The notes: generated by a model from the letters alone, not told the origin. DNA of 64,000 nucleotides from Escherichia coli (GCF_024223415.1 NZ_CP100500.1), one strand, 5' to 3'; shown: positions 52,138-63,863, counted from the first letter of the stretch. Program-made: numbers and translations.

Positions 52138-52899
52138 TTACCGCCACATCGCGTGTTTATCGCGATAGCAATCGACCCACATCGCCGTCGCGCCACAAAC
52201 GGCAACGGGCATAATGAACAGATTAAGCAGCGGGATCATCGTAAACAGGCTGGTTAAAGCACCAAACTGCATATTGGTGATTTTGCGTGTGCGCAGGGCG
52301 GTGCGCATCTCTTTAAACGGCACTTTGTGGTTATCGAAGGGGTAATCGCAATACTGGATGGCTAACATCCAGGCGCTAAACAGGAACCACAGTACCGGCG
52401 CGACGGTTTGCCCAATACCAGGGATGAAGTAAAGAATTAGTAATACAATTGCGCGCGGCAGATACCAGGCAAATTTTTGCCATTCGCGTTTCATGATTCG
52501 CGGCACATCTTTCATGATACCGAAAATCCCGGTATCCGGCGGTGTAGCGCCAGTCAATCGTGCTTCCAGTTGTTCAGCCAATAAACCGTTGAACGGAGCG
52601 GCAATCCAGTTAGCAATCGTTGAGAAGAAATAGCCAAACACTAACAGCACAGAGATGACAGCCAGGGGCCACAACAGATAGCTCAGCCATTGTAACCAGT
52701 CCGGAACATAACTCATGAGAGTCGGGATCCAGACATCGAGTTGCGTAAAGAGCCACCAGAATGCGCCCCCCATCAACAAAATATTGACCAGCAGCGGTAA
52801 AATAACGAAACGCCGAATCCCAGGTTGCGAGACGAGCTTCCAGCCTTGCGCAAAATAGTAAAAACCGCTGCGTGGGGCAGATGTGAATGATGAAACCAT
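52138..52899 (-). CDS. cysZ: sulfate transporter CysZ (253 aa)
   Basis: Recognised sequence. Confidence 0.9.
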
Positions 52900-53128
52900 A
52901 ATCAGGATGAGCTCCTTTTGACCAATCCCAGGAAAATTCTGCGTATTTTACCGGGTAATTGCGCAATGGACAGTTAGGATATGTTCGAAAAAACAGCAAA
53001 AAGCACGATTTCATCTATCTTTGTGCTGTGAAAGTTAATAGTGCACTTGCACTTGAGGTAATCGGCAAATACTCTTAGTGAGTAAATGTTTGCCGTGGTG
53101 GCAAGGTGTTAGAACAACAGAGAATATA

Positions 53129-54127
53129 ATGATGCAGGATTTGCGTCTGATATTAATCATTGTTGGCGCGATCGCCATAATCGCTTTACTGGTACATGGT
53201 TTCTGGACCAGCCGTAAAGAACGATCTTCTATGTTCCGCGATCGGCCATTAAAACGAATGAAGTCAAAACGTGACGACGATTCTTATGACGAGGATGTCG
53301 AAGATGATGAGGGCGTTGGTGAGGTTCGTGTTCACCGCGTGAATCATGCCCCGGCTAACGCCCAGGAGCATGAGGCTGCTCGTCCGTCGCCGCAACACCA
53401 GTACCAACCGCCTTATGCGTCTGCGCAGCCGCGTCAACCGGTCCAGCAGCCGCCTGAAGCGCAGGTACCGCCGCAACATGCTCCGCGTCCAGCGCAGCCG
53501 GTGCAGCAACCCGTGCAGCAGCCTGCCTATCAGCCGCAGCCTGAACAGCCGTTGCAGCAGCCAGTTTCGCCACAGGTCGCGCCAGCGCCGCAGCCAGTGC
53601 ATTCAGCACCGCAACCGGCACAACAGGCTTTCCAGCCTGCAGAACCCGTAGCGGCACCACAGCCTGAGCCTGTAGCGGAACCGGCTCCAGTTATGGATAA
53701 ACCGAAGCGCAAAGAAGCGGTGATTATCATGAACGTCGCGGCGCATCATGGTAGCGAGCTAAACGGTGAACTGCTTCTTAACAGCATTCAACAAGCGGGC
53801 TTCATTTTTGGCGATATGAATATTTACCATCGTCATCTTAGCCCGGATGGCAGCGGCCCGGCGTTATTCAGCCTGGCGAATATGGTGAAACCGGGAACCT
53901 TTGATCCTGAAATGAAGGATTTCACTACTCCGGGTGTCACTATCTTTATGCAGGTACCGTCTTACGGTGACGAGCTGCAGAACTTCAAGCTGATGCTGCA
54001 ATCTGCGCAGCATATTGCCGATGAAGTGGGCGGTGTCGTGCTTGACGATCAGCGCCGTATGATGACTCCGCAGAAATTGCGTGAGTACCAGGACATCATC
54101 CGCGAAGTCAAAGACGCCAACGCCTGA
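53129..54127 (+). CDS. zipA: cell division protein ZipA (328 aa) with P/Q-rich linker
   Basis: ORF 53078-54127; start set at [14 protein letters not shown]; long Pro/Gln-rich linker; FtsZ-binding C-domain. Confidence 0.9.
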
Positions 54128-54188
54128 TACACTTAAGGCAAATTAACTCCTCTTCGAACCCCCGCTTGTCGGGGGTTTTTAGCATTGA

Positions 54189-56213
<2,025 letters not shown>

Positions 56214-56214
56214 G

Positions 56215-56433
56215 ATGGAAAAAGAGCAGCTGATTGAAATAGCCAATACGATAATGCCGTTTGGCAAATACAAAGGGCGTCGCTTAATCGACCTGCCGGA
56301 GGAGTATCTGCTGTGGTTTGCCCGCAAAGATGAGTTCCCGGCAGGGAAGCTCGGTGAGCTAATGCAAATCACGCTGCTGATTAAAACCGAGGGGCTGACG
56401 CAACTGGTCCAGCCCCTGAAGCGTCCGCTTTAA
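56215..56433 (+). CDS. ypeB: small protein YpeB (DUF3820, 72 aa)
   Basis: ORF 56122-56433; start set at MEKEQLIEIA directly after the ligA stop. Confidence 0.7.
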   Translation: MEKEQLIEIANTIMPFGKYKGRRLIDLPEEYLLWFARKDEFPAGKLGELMQITLLIKTEGLTQLVQPLKRPL

Positions 56434-57428
56434 GCTTTATCGGTGCTGCTTTCCTGCTGCGCCTGTAACTGTTCGGTCTGGCGTTTGTATCGACGCGCCA
56501 GCACCGCACAGACCATCAATTGGATCTGATGGAAAATCATCAGGGGCAGCACCATCATACCGATCACCGATGTGGGGAACAGAATGTTTGCCATCGGGAT
56601 GCCATTTGCCAGACTCTTTTTCGAACCACAAAAGACGATAGTAATTTCATCTGCCTTATTGAAGCCCAGTCGGCGTGCCATAAAGACGTTAACTACAATC
56701 ACGATAGCCAGAAGAACGCAGCTGACCACCACGATAAACAGCAATGATCCCCAGCCAACTTTATGCCAGATACCATTAACGACGGCTTCGCTGAACGCTG
56801 TATAAACCACCAACAGAATGGACGTCTGGTCAGTTTTCGCAATCCATTTTTTATTGCGCGACACCCAGTCACCAATCCACGGCCGGGAAAGATGCCCCAA
56901 CACAAACGGCAGCAGCAGTTGCAGCATAATTTTACCGACCTGCTCAAGGCTGCCCCCTGCACCGTGAACATTCATCACCAGACCAACCAGCAATGGTGAA
57001 AGGAAAATCCCCAGCAGGCTGGATGCTGACGCAGAACAAACCGCCGCCGCGACGTTACCGCCCGCCATTGACGTGAAGGCGATTGCAGACTGCACGGTAG
57101 CCGGGAGAATGCACAAGTAGAGAAAACCGGAGTAGAGCATCGGGTCGACATTTACCGGTTTCCACCAGGCAAACAGTACACCCAGAATCGGAAACAGCAC
57201 GAAGGTGCTGCACATTACCCACAAATGCAGTCGCCAGTGACCACCGCCAGCAATAATCGCCTCACGCGACAACTTCGCGCCGTGCATAAAGAACAGCAGG
57301 GCAATAGCTGCGGTGGTCAGATTTTCAAAGAAGGGGACGAAATCGCCTCTGGCCGGAAAGAAAGAGGCCAGCAGCACCACCGTGATCAGGGTTAAGGTGA
57401 AAGGATCGAGGATACGAAAAAGTTTCAT
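56430..57428 (-). CDS. yfeH: bile acid:sodium symporter-family transporter YfeH (332 aa)
   Basis: Polytopic membrane ORF. Confidence 0.85.
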   Translation of the reverse strand: MKLFRILDPFTLTLITVVLLASFFPARGDFVPFFENLTTAAIALLFFMHGAKLSREAIIAGGGHWRLHLWVMCSTFVLFPILGVLFAWWKPVNVDPMLYSGFLYLCILPATVQSAIAFTSMAGGNVAAAVCSASASSLLGIFLSPLLVGLVMNVHGAGGSLEQVGKIMLQLLLPFVLGHLSRPWIGDWVSRNKKWIAKTDQTSILLVVYTAFSEAVVNGIWHKVGWGSLLFIVVVSCVLLAIVIVVNVFMARRLGFNKADEITIVFCGSKKSLANGIPMANILFPTSVIGMMVLPLMIFHQIQLMVCAVLARRYKRQTEQLQAQQESSTDKA

Positions 57429-57517
57429 AAAGACTCCAGATGATCGATGGTTCTATTGTGCTTCTTCCAGTTTGAGAAATAAAATTGATTTATTGCATCC
57501 ATTCATGAAGAAAACAG

Positions 57518-58444
57518 ATGAATTATTCTTTAAAACAATTAAAGGTTTTCGTCACAGTAGCGCAGGAGAAAAGTTTTAGTCGTGCAGGAGAGCGTATCGG
57601 CCTGAGCCAGTCGGCAGTAAGTCACAGTGTGAAGGAGCTGGAAAATCATACTGGTGTTCGCCTGCTGGACAGAACCACGCGTGAAGTGGTGCTTACAGAT
57701 GCAGGGCAGCAGTTGGCTTTGCGTCTTGAGCGACTGCTGGATGAACTTAACAGCACGTTGCGCGATACCGGGCGTATGGGGCAACAACTGAGCGGAAAAG
57801 TTCGGGTCGCTGCCAGCCAGACCATTTCCGCGCATCTTATTCCGCAATGCATTGCTGAAAGCCATCGCCGCTATCCAGATATTCAGTTTGTCCTGCACGA
57901 TCGTCCGCAGCAGTGGGTGATGGAAAGTATTCGCCAGGGAGATGTCGACTTTGGCATCGTCATCGATCCAGGCCCAGTGGGCGATCTGCAATGTGAAGCG
58001 ATTCTTTCCGAGCCTTTCTTTCTGCTTTGCCATCGGGATAGCGCTTTGGCCGCGGAAGATTATGTACCCTGGCAGGCATTACAGGGAGCGAAATTGGTGT
58101 TGCAGGATTACGCGTCAGGCAGCCGACCGCTGATTGACGCAGCGCTGGCGCGCAATGGTATTCAGGCGAATATTGTGCAGGAGATTGGACATCCGGCGAC
58201 GCTGTTCCCGATGGTAGCCGCAGGCATCGGCATCAGTATTCTTCCCGCACTGGCGCTACCATTGCCTGAAGGTAGCCCACTGGTGGTAAAGCGCATTACG
58301 CCGGTTGTTGAACGCCAGTTGATGCTGGTGCGCAGGAAGAACCGTTCACTTTCCACCGCCGCTGAAGCGTTATGGGACGTGGTACGAGACCAGGGCAATG
58401 CGCTAATGGCTGGTCGGGAAGGGGATCCGTTGTATCAGATATAG
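57518..58444 (+). CDS. yfeR: LysR-family transcriptional regulator YfeR (308 aa)
   Basis: N-terminal LysR HTH; divergent from yfeH. Confidence 0.85.
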   Translation: MNYSLKQLKVFVTVAQEKSFSRAGERIGLSQSAVSHSVKELENHTGVRLLDRTTREVVLTDAGQQLALRLERLLDELNSTLRDTGRMGQQLSGKVRVAASQTISAHLIPQCIAESHRRYPDIQFVLHDRPQQWVMESIRQGDVDFGIVIDPGPVGDLQCEAILSEPFFLLCHRDSALAAEDYVPWQALQGAKLVLQDYASGSRPLIDAALARNGIQANIVQEIGHPATLFPMVAAGIGISILPALALPLPEGSPLVVKRITPVVERQLMLVRRKNRSLSTAAEALWDVVRDQGNALMAGREGDPLYQI

Positions 58445-58776
58445 ATATCGATATGAGTCGTATTTTCAACAGGATTTAGAAGGGATACATTCAGAGACAA
58501 ACGCTGCTCTTTCTCCTGCGCCTTTTCTGCCTGCTGTCTCTGCAACTGCGCCAGTTGTGTTTCCAGTAGGGTGATTTGCTGTTGAATCAATTCGGCCTGT
58601 TTTTGCTTGTCTTCAGCACTGCCGCCAGTGTCTACAATCTCTTTAATTTGTTGAGTGAGTTTGATGATTTGCTGACTTATCCGCGCGATTTGTGAAGCAA
58701 CATCGCTACCTTGTGATGCCCTGTTACTACTCTGTGTTTGTATGGAAGGAATTGAAGTTGAAGAGATAGTGGCCAT
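58435..58776 (-). CDS. FlxA-like small coiled-coil protein (113 aa)
   Basis: ATG 58776 with SD gagga 8 nt upstream; S/T/Q-rich N-terminus then Q-rich coiled coil, resembling the FlxA family; AT-rich relative to neighbours; 10-bp convergent overlap with yfeR. Confidence 0.6.
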   Translation of the reverse strand: MATISSTSIPSIQTQSSNRASQGSDVASQIARISQQIIKLTQQIKEIVDTGGSAEDKQKQAELIQQQITLLETQLAQLQRQQAEKAQEKEQRLSLNVSLLNPVENTTHIDIYI

Positions 58777-58804
58777 TGTTCAGTCCTCGTCACTGTACGA
58801 GGTA

Positions 58805-58831
58805 ATATCGGTAGAAGAACAAGGAACTTGA
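58805..58831 (-). promoter_or_regulatory. candidate sigma28 (FliA) promoter for the FlxA-like ORF
   Basis: Coding-strand TCAAGTTC-N11-ACCGATAT versus consensus TAAAGTTT-N11-GCCGATAA (6/8 and 6/8, correct spacer), about 28 nt upstream of the ATG. Confidence 0.4.
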
Positions 58832-58852
58832 GAAGAAAAATCAATCTTACAA

Positions 58853-58913
58853 ATCGCAGATAGCAAAAAAGCGCCTTTAGGGCGCTTTTTTACATTGGTG
58901 GGTCGTGCAGGAT
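58853..58913. repeat. 61-bp direct repeat, copy 1 (lysV 3-prime end plus terminator)
   Basis: Identical to 59009-59069: atcgcagatagcaaaaaagcgcctttagggcgcttttttacattggtgggtcgtgcaggat. Confidence 0.85.
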
Positions 58914-59008
58914 GACTCGCTTCGCTCGCCCTTCGGGCCGTCGCCGCGAGCGGCTCCGTTGTTTCGCTGCGCTCAACTCGAACCTGCTGCAGGTTCGAAT
59001 CTTTGAGT

Positions 59009-59069
59009 ATCGCAGATAGCAAAAAAGCGCCTTTAGGGCGCTTTTTTACATTGGTGGGTCGTGCAGGAT
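59009..59069. repeat. 61-bp direct repeat, copy 2 (authentic lysV 3-prime end plus its terminator)
   Basis: Includes the last 18 nt of tRNA-Lys and the rho-independent terminator hairpin gcgcctttagggcgc with its T/A runs. Confidence 0.85.
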
Positions 59070-59127
59070 TCGAACCTGCGACCAATTGATTAAAAGTCAA
59101 CTGCTCTACCAACTGAGCTAACGACCC
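59052..59127 (-). tRNA. lysV: tRNA-Lys (UUU)
   Basis: Minus strand reads GGGTCGTTAGCTCAGTTGGTAGAGCAGTTGACTTTTAATCAATTGGTCGCAGGTTCGAATCCTGCACGACCCACCA. Confidence 0.95.
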
Positions 59128-59131
59128 GAAG

Positions 59132-59207
59132 TGGTGGGTGATGACGGGATCGAACCGCCGACCCCCTCCTTGTAAGGGAGGTGCTCTCCCAGCTGAGCTA
59201 ATCACCC
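59132..59207 (-). tRNA. valY: tRNA-Val (UAC)
   Basis: Minus strand reads GGGTGATTAGCTCAGCTGGGAGAGCACCTCCCTTACAAGGAGGGGGTCGGCGGTTCGATCCCGTCATCACCCACCA. Confidence 0.9.
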
Positions 59208-59253
59208 ACTTCGGTACTTCACATTTTTACAAGAAATTTAGCTGGTGAGAAAG

Positions 59254-59329
59254 TGGTGGGTGATGACGGGATCGAACCGCCGACCCCCTCCTTGTAAGGG
59301 AGGTGCTCTCCCAGCTGAGCTAATCACCC
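59254..59329 (-). tRNA. valX: tRNA-Val (UAC)
   Basis: Identical tRNA-Val(UAC) sequence, second copy. Confidence 0.9.
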
Positions 59330-59373
59330 ACTTCTCAATTTCTTGCTACACGGCGGAGACTACATATAGTAGT

Positions 59374-59449
59374 TGGTGGGTGATGACGGGATCGAACCGC
59401 CGACCCCCTCCTTGTAAGGGAGGTGCTCTCCCAGCTGAGCTAATCACCC
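59374..59449 (-). tRNA. valU: tRNA-Val (UAC)
   Basis: Identical tRNA-Val(UAC) sequence, promoter-proximal copy. Confidence 0.9.
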
Positions 59450-59466
59450 CCGCTGTGTGGAGTCGC

Positions 59467-59494
59467 ATTATAGGGAGAGTTCAAAATGAGTCAA
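59467..59494 (-). promoter_or_regulatory. sigma70 promoter of the valU-valX-valY-lysV operon
   Basis: Minus strand TTGACT-N16-TATAAT followed by a GC-rich discriminator (gcgactcc), about 18 bp upstream of valU. Confidence 0.6.
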
Positions 59495-59707
59495 CGCATT
59501 TTCTAAAGAAATTGTTCGTTCGTCGTAAATTTAAGCAAGATGATCGCAAAACAGACCGTGTTGCGCAATTTGTCAACGAAAACAATAATGCGTAAGGTTG
59601 CAACCCGAACTACATTGAGGAATCAGGCGGGAGTGATAGAATATCGCCCACTCAATTTTTCCAGGATTTGCCGGTTGTCGGCATCTTTCTAAACGTAAGG
59701 CCATTTC

Positions 59708-61123
59708 ATGAAAATCAAAACTCGCTTCGCGCCAAGCCCAACAGGCTATCTGCACGTTGGCGGCGCGCGTACTGCTCTTTACTCCTGGCTTTTTGCACGT
59801 AATCACGGCGGTGAGTTCGTGCTGCGTATTGAAGACACCGATCTTGAGCGTTCCACGCCGGAAGCTATCGAAGCCATTATGGATGGCATGAACTGGCTGA
59901 GCCTGGAGTGGGATGAAGGTCCGTACTACCAGACCAAACGTTTTGATCGCTACAACGCGGTGATCGATCAGATGCTGGAAGAGGGCACTGCTTATAAATG
60001 CTATTGCTCTAAAGAGCGCCTGGAAGCGCTGCGCGAAGAGCAAATGGCGAAAGGTGAGAAGCCGCGTTATGACGGTCGCTGCCGCCACAGTCATGAGCAT
60101 CACGCTGATGATGAGCCGTGTGTCGTACGTTTTGCTAACCCGCAGGAAGGTTCTGTTGTTTTTGACGATCAGATCCGTGGTCCGATCGAGTTCAGCAACC
60201 AGGAACTGGACGATCTTATTATCCGCCGTACCGATGGTTCCCCAACCTATAACTTCTGTGTGGTTGTCGATGACTGGGATATGGAAATCACCCACGTTAT
60301 CCGTGGCGAAGACCATATCAACAACACGCCACGCCAGATCAACATTCTTAAAGCCCTGAAAGCGCCGGTACCGGTTTATGCGCACGTTTCTATGATCAAC
60401 GGCGATGACGGCAAAAAACTGTCCAAACGTCACGGGGCAGTCAGCGTAATGCAGTATCGTGATGACGGTTATTTGCCAGAAGCACTGCTGAACTATCTGG
60501 TGCGTCTGGGCTGGTCCCACGGCGATCAGGAAATCTTCACTCGTGAAGAGATGATCAAATACTTCACTTTGAATGCCGTCAGCAAATCTGCCAGTGCGTT
60601 CAACACCGACAAGCTGCTGTGGCTGAACCATCACTACATTAACGCGCTGCCGCCGGAGTATGTAGCTACTCACTTACAGTGGCACATTGAGCAGGAAAAT
60701 ATCGATACCCGTAACGGCCCGCAGCTGGCTGATCTGGTGAAACTGCTGGGTGAACGCTGCAAGACGCTGAAAGAGATGGCACAGAGCTGCCGTTATTTCT
60801 ACGAAGATTTTGCTGAGTTCGATGCCGATGCGGCGAAAAAACATCTGCGTCCGGTAGCGCGTCAGCCGCTGGAAGTGGTTCGTGACAAACTGGCCGCGAT
60901 TACTGACTGGACAGCTGAAAACGTTCATCACGCTATTCAGGCGACGGCGGATGAGCTGGAAGTGGGTATGGGTAAAGTTGGTATGCCGCTGCGTGTCGCC
61001 GTAACCGGTGCGGGGCAGTCTCCGGCGCTGGACGTTACCGTTCACGCGATCGGTAAGACCCGCAGTATCGAGCGTATCAACAAAGCGCTGGCTTTTATTG
61101 CGGAACGCGAAAATCAGCAGTAA
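59708..61123 (+). CDS. gltX: glutamyl-tRNA synthetase (471 aa)
   Basis: HIGH-type motif ([15 protein letters not shown]), KMSKS-like KLSKR. Confidence 0.95.
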   Translation: MKIKTRFAPSPTGYLHVGGARTALYSWLFARNHGGEFVLRIEDTDLERSTPEAIEAIMDGMNWLSLEWDEGPYYQTKRFDRYNAVIDQMLEEGTAYKCYCSKERLEALREEQMAKGEKPRYDGRCRHSHEHHADDEPCVVRFANPQEGSVVFDDQIRGPIEFSNQELDDLIIRRTDGSPTYNFCVVVDDWDMEITHVIRGEDHINNTPRQINILKALKAPVPVYAHVSMINGDDGKKLSKRHGAVSVMQYRDDGYLPEALLNYLVRLGWSHGDQEIFTREEMIKYFTLNAVSKSASAFNTDKLLWLNHHYINALPPEYVATHLQWHIEQENIDTRNGPQLADLVKLLGERCKTLKEMAQSCRYFYEDFAEFDADAAKKHLRPVARQPLEVVRDKLAAITDWTAENVHHAIQATADELEVGMGKVGMPLRVAVTGAGQSPALDVTVHAIGKTRSIERINKALAFIAERENQQ

Positions 61124-61651
61124 TTAGCGCATAAAAGATAAACGGCAGGAGAGATACCCCTGCCGTTTTTTATTTATCCGGTGCGCCGTAAAACCCCGTC
61201 CTTCAGGGCGGGGATATAAGGCGCGGTTTTCCACCTGACCAGGTGTTTGCTGTTGTTCAATGTATTGGCGGATGACGGATATTGGCGCACCTCCGCAGCT
61301 ACTGGCAAAATAGCCAGGACTCCACAAAACGCCTTTGTAGTAATACCTGACTGCAATATCTGGTCGATCTCGTCGCAGTAACCTACCCGATACGCCTTTG
61401 AGGCTGTTTACCAGACTGGATATCGCCAGTTTGGAAGGATAGTTAATTAACAAATGGACGTGATCTGGTTCGCCATCCATTTCAACCAGTTCAGCTTCAA
61501 AATCAGCACATACATTTGAAAAGTAAGTGCGTAGTTTTTCTGTCGCGTCATAGTCAAAAATCTGACGTCGGTATCTGGTGACAAAGACCAGATGAACATG
61601 CATCAGGAAAACACAATGCCTTCCCCGTCGGATATCGGTTTCTTTATTCAT
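61124..61651 (-). CDS. tnpA: IS200-like HuH (Y1) transposase TnpA
   Basis: HVHLVF...PDHVHLLINYP (HuH motif) and GYFASS catalytic-Tyr region; the ORF runs without a stop through the gltX terminator so the true 3-prime end is uncertain; start at MNKETD or nearby. Confidence 0.7.
   Translation of the reverse strand: MNKETDIRRGRHCVFLMHVHLVFVTRYRRQIFDYDATEKLRTYFSNVCADFEAELVEMDGEPDHVHLLINYPSKLAISSLVNSLKGVSGRLLRRDRPDIAVRYYYKGVLWSPGYFASSCGGAPISVIRQYIEQQQTPGQVENRALYPRPEGRGFTAHRINKKRQGYLSCRLSFMR
61140..61172. terminator. rho-independent terminator downstream of gltX
   Basis: aaa-cggcaggagagatacccctgccg-ttttttatt. Confidence 0.7.
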
Positions 61652-62920
61652 AGACCAAAGTATCATTTGGCCGGTGAAACGACTACAGGCATTTAAATTC
61701 CAGTTAAGACCAGGTGGTCAACAGGAGCGTGAAATGAGGCGCTTCGCAGGCGCATGTCGTTTCGTTTTCAATCGTGTTCTGGCGCTTCAGAATGAGAATC
61801 ATGAGGCCGGTAATAAATACATCCCTTACGGGAAAATGGCTTCCTGGCTGGTTGAGTGGAAAAACGCACTGAAACGCAATGGCTTAAAGATTCGCCCTCA
61901 CAGCCATTGCAACAGTCACTGAAAGACCTTGAGCGGGCTTACAAAAACTTCTTCCGGAAGCGGGCTGCTTTTCCCCGATTCAAAAAAGCGGGGACAGAAT
62001 GATGCATTCCGCTACCCGCAGGGCGTTAAGCTCGATCAGGAAAACAGCCGTATTTTTCTGCCGAAACTTGGCTGGATGCGCTACCGGAACAGCCGTCAGG
62101 TCACGGGAGTTGTGAAAAATGTCACTGTCAGCCAGTCCTGCGGTAAGTGGTACATCAGTATTCAGACAGAAAGTGAAGTATCAACTCCGGTTCACCCTTC
62201 AGCATCAATGATCGGGCTGGATGCTGGCGTGGCTAAACTCGCCACGCTGTCAGATGGCACAGTCTTTGAGCCTGTAAACAGTTTTCAGAAAAACCAGAAG
62301 ACGCTGGCGAGACTTCAGCGACAGTTAAGCCGCAAGGTCAAATTCAGCAATAACTGGCAGAAGCAGAAACGCAAAATACAGCGACTGCATTCCTGTACCG
62401 CAAATATCCGCAGAGACTACCTTCACAAAGTTACAACGACCGTCAGCAAAAAACACGCAATGATAGTCATTGAGGATTTGAAGGTCAGCAACATGTCAAA
62501 GTCAGCAGCGGGTACGGTCAGCCAGCCGGGGCGCAATGTCCGGGCAAAATCAGGTTTAAACCGTTCGATACTGGATCAGGGCTGGTATGAAATGCGCCGC
62601 CAGCTTGAGTACAAGCAGCTCTGGCGTGGCGGTCAGGTGCTTGCTGTTCCGCCAGCGTACACAAGCCAGCGTTGCGCGTGCTGTGGTCATACAGCGAAAG
62701 AAAATCGCCTGTCACAAAGTAAATTCAGATGCCAGGTATGTGGATATACAGCGAACGCCGATGTAAACGGCGCTCGTAACATTTTAGCGGCGGGGCACGC
62801 CGTTCTTGCCTGTGGAGGGATGGTGCAGTCAGGCCGCTCGTTGAAGCAGGAACCCACCGAAATGATTCAGGCGACAGCCTGAACGTAGCAGGGATCCTCG
62901 TCATTCAGGGCGTGGAGGAT
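61175..62920. mobile_element. IS200/IS605-family element (divergent tnpA / tnpB); boundaries approximate
   Basis: HuH Y1 transposase gene divergent from a TnpB gene, inserted between the gltX terminator and the yfeD stop; ends not determinable by eye. Confidence 0.7.
61674..62882 (+). pseudogene. tnpB: IS605-family TnpB (RuvC-like, Zn-finger) with two compensating frameshifts
   Basis: N-terminus in frame 0 to TGA at 61920-61922; conserved block [39 protein letters not shown] is encoded at 61871-61987 in another frame; frame 0 resumes at the A6 run 61982-61987 and continues to 62882 with a CxxC...CxxC zinc finger. Confidence 0.7.
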
Positions 62921-62921
62921 G

Positions 62922-63314
62922 TCAAGCTGATTCATCTATGTCGAGACGAGCAAGGAAATTACGAATTCCTTCGCGTGACAAAAATTGCGCAACTTTTTCC
63001 TGCTCACTGTGAGTCATGTTGTCTATTGCGCTGATGATTTGCCGATAAGCAGGAGTGCGAATCCCCGGTGCGTATTCGGCAAGGGGTTCTTCGGCTTCCA
63101 GAAGCATCGGTGTGTTATGGAAGGCTGGCGTGTTCTGAATAAACTCGCAAACTTGTGTATCGACCAGAATAAGTCTGGCACGACCGCCTTTCACGCCGGG
63201 AAATTTTTCCGTTTTCCAGCCTTTTTCTCTGATCCAACGGTTAACAGTTTGTTTAGCCACACCGAGGCATTCAGCCAGTTCTTCGGTGGTCATTTTATTG
63301 CGTAATCTTTTCAT
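62922..63314 (-). CDS. yfeD: small DNA-binding protein YfeD (DUF1323, 130 aa)
   Basis: Recognised sequence; paralogue of yfeC. Confidence 0.8.
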   Translation of the reverse strand: MKRLRNKMTTEELAECLGVAKQTVNRWIREKGWKTEKFPGVKGGRARLILVDTQVCEFIQNTPAFHNTPMLLEAEEPLAEYAPGIRTPAYRQIISAIDNMTHSEQEKVAQFLSREGIRNFLARLDIDESA

Positions 63315-63315
63315 A

Positions 63316-63660
63316 TTATTTGCTATCGCGAATCCCTAAGCGTTGTAACAATCCGATAATCCCTTCCCGCAGAAGCAAGGATGTAAACTGTTTTTGTTCA
63401 ACTGGCGTCATCTCTTTCGCCAGTGTCACCAGCAATACTTCAAGCGGCGCATCACCAGAAAGGGCAGGCGCTTCTCCCTGACCTTCTGGACGTTCAGCAT
63501 TACGAATATATTCACGAACCTGTTCATTGACGTGAACCAGTCGGGCTTTGCCACCCTGGACGCCAGGTTTTGGTGACGTTGTCCAGCCTTCCTTGCGTAC
63601 CCATTTATTAATGGTCTGGCGGCTATAGCCGGTCAGTCTGGCAAGTTCATCTGGCGTCAT
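63316..63660 (-). CDS. yfeC: small DNA-binding protein YfeC (DUF1323, 114 aa)
   Basis: ORF 63316-63675; start set at MTPDELARLTGY. Confidence 0.8.
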   Translation of the reverse strand: MTPDELARLTGYSRQTINKWVRKEGWTTSPKPGVQGGKARLVHVNEQVREYIRNAERPEGQGEAPALSGDAPLEVLLVTLAKEMTPVEQKQFTSLLLREGIIGLLQRLGIRDSK

Positions 63661-63834
63661 CCTCTCCTTGAACATAACAATTCCCTGAATGTATGTGGGT
63701 CTATTAGTAGTTCATTTTATAGCACCACTTTACAGGAAACCGTGACATGAATAACTACTGAATGCGAGCGGTTTTCCAAAATTGTTCATTTGCCTGATTT
63801 TTCAGCGATTGAAACTACACGTTGCAATTTGCCG

Positions 63835-63863
63835 TTGACACATTCGGGCGGAATTCATATGAT
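63835..63863 (+). promoter_or_regulatory. sigma70 promoter of the tRNA-Ala operon
   Basis: TTGACA-N17-TATGAT followed by a GC-rich discriminator (gccgcccg), about 30 bp upstream of the tRNA. Confidence 0.6.

Noticed and set aside
53350-53700. Low-complexity Pro/Gln/Ala-rich repetitive DNA
   Set aside because: It encodes the known flexible P/Q-rich linker of ZipA, not a mobile or tandem-repeat element.
58853-59127. Possible integrated prophage or genomic island at lysV
   Set aside because: No integrase or cargo genes; only 95 bp separate the att-like repeats, so at most a remnant. Reported as a finding, not as a mobile element.
59132-59449. Three near-identical 76-bp repeats with about 45-bp spacers, superficially array-like
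   Set aside because: They are three tRNA-Val(UAC) genes, not a CRISPR array; no CRISPR-type repeats were seen anywhere in the window.
58780-59595. ORFs of 141 aa (-) and 116 aa (+) spanning the tRNA cluster
   Set aside because: They run through four tRNA genes and a terminator; the repetitive peptide (MTGSNRRPPPCKGGALPAELI) is just the translated tRNA-Val repeats.
59573-60673. 366-aa ORF on the - strand
   Set aside because: Antisense shadow ORF inside gltX.
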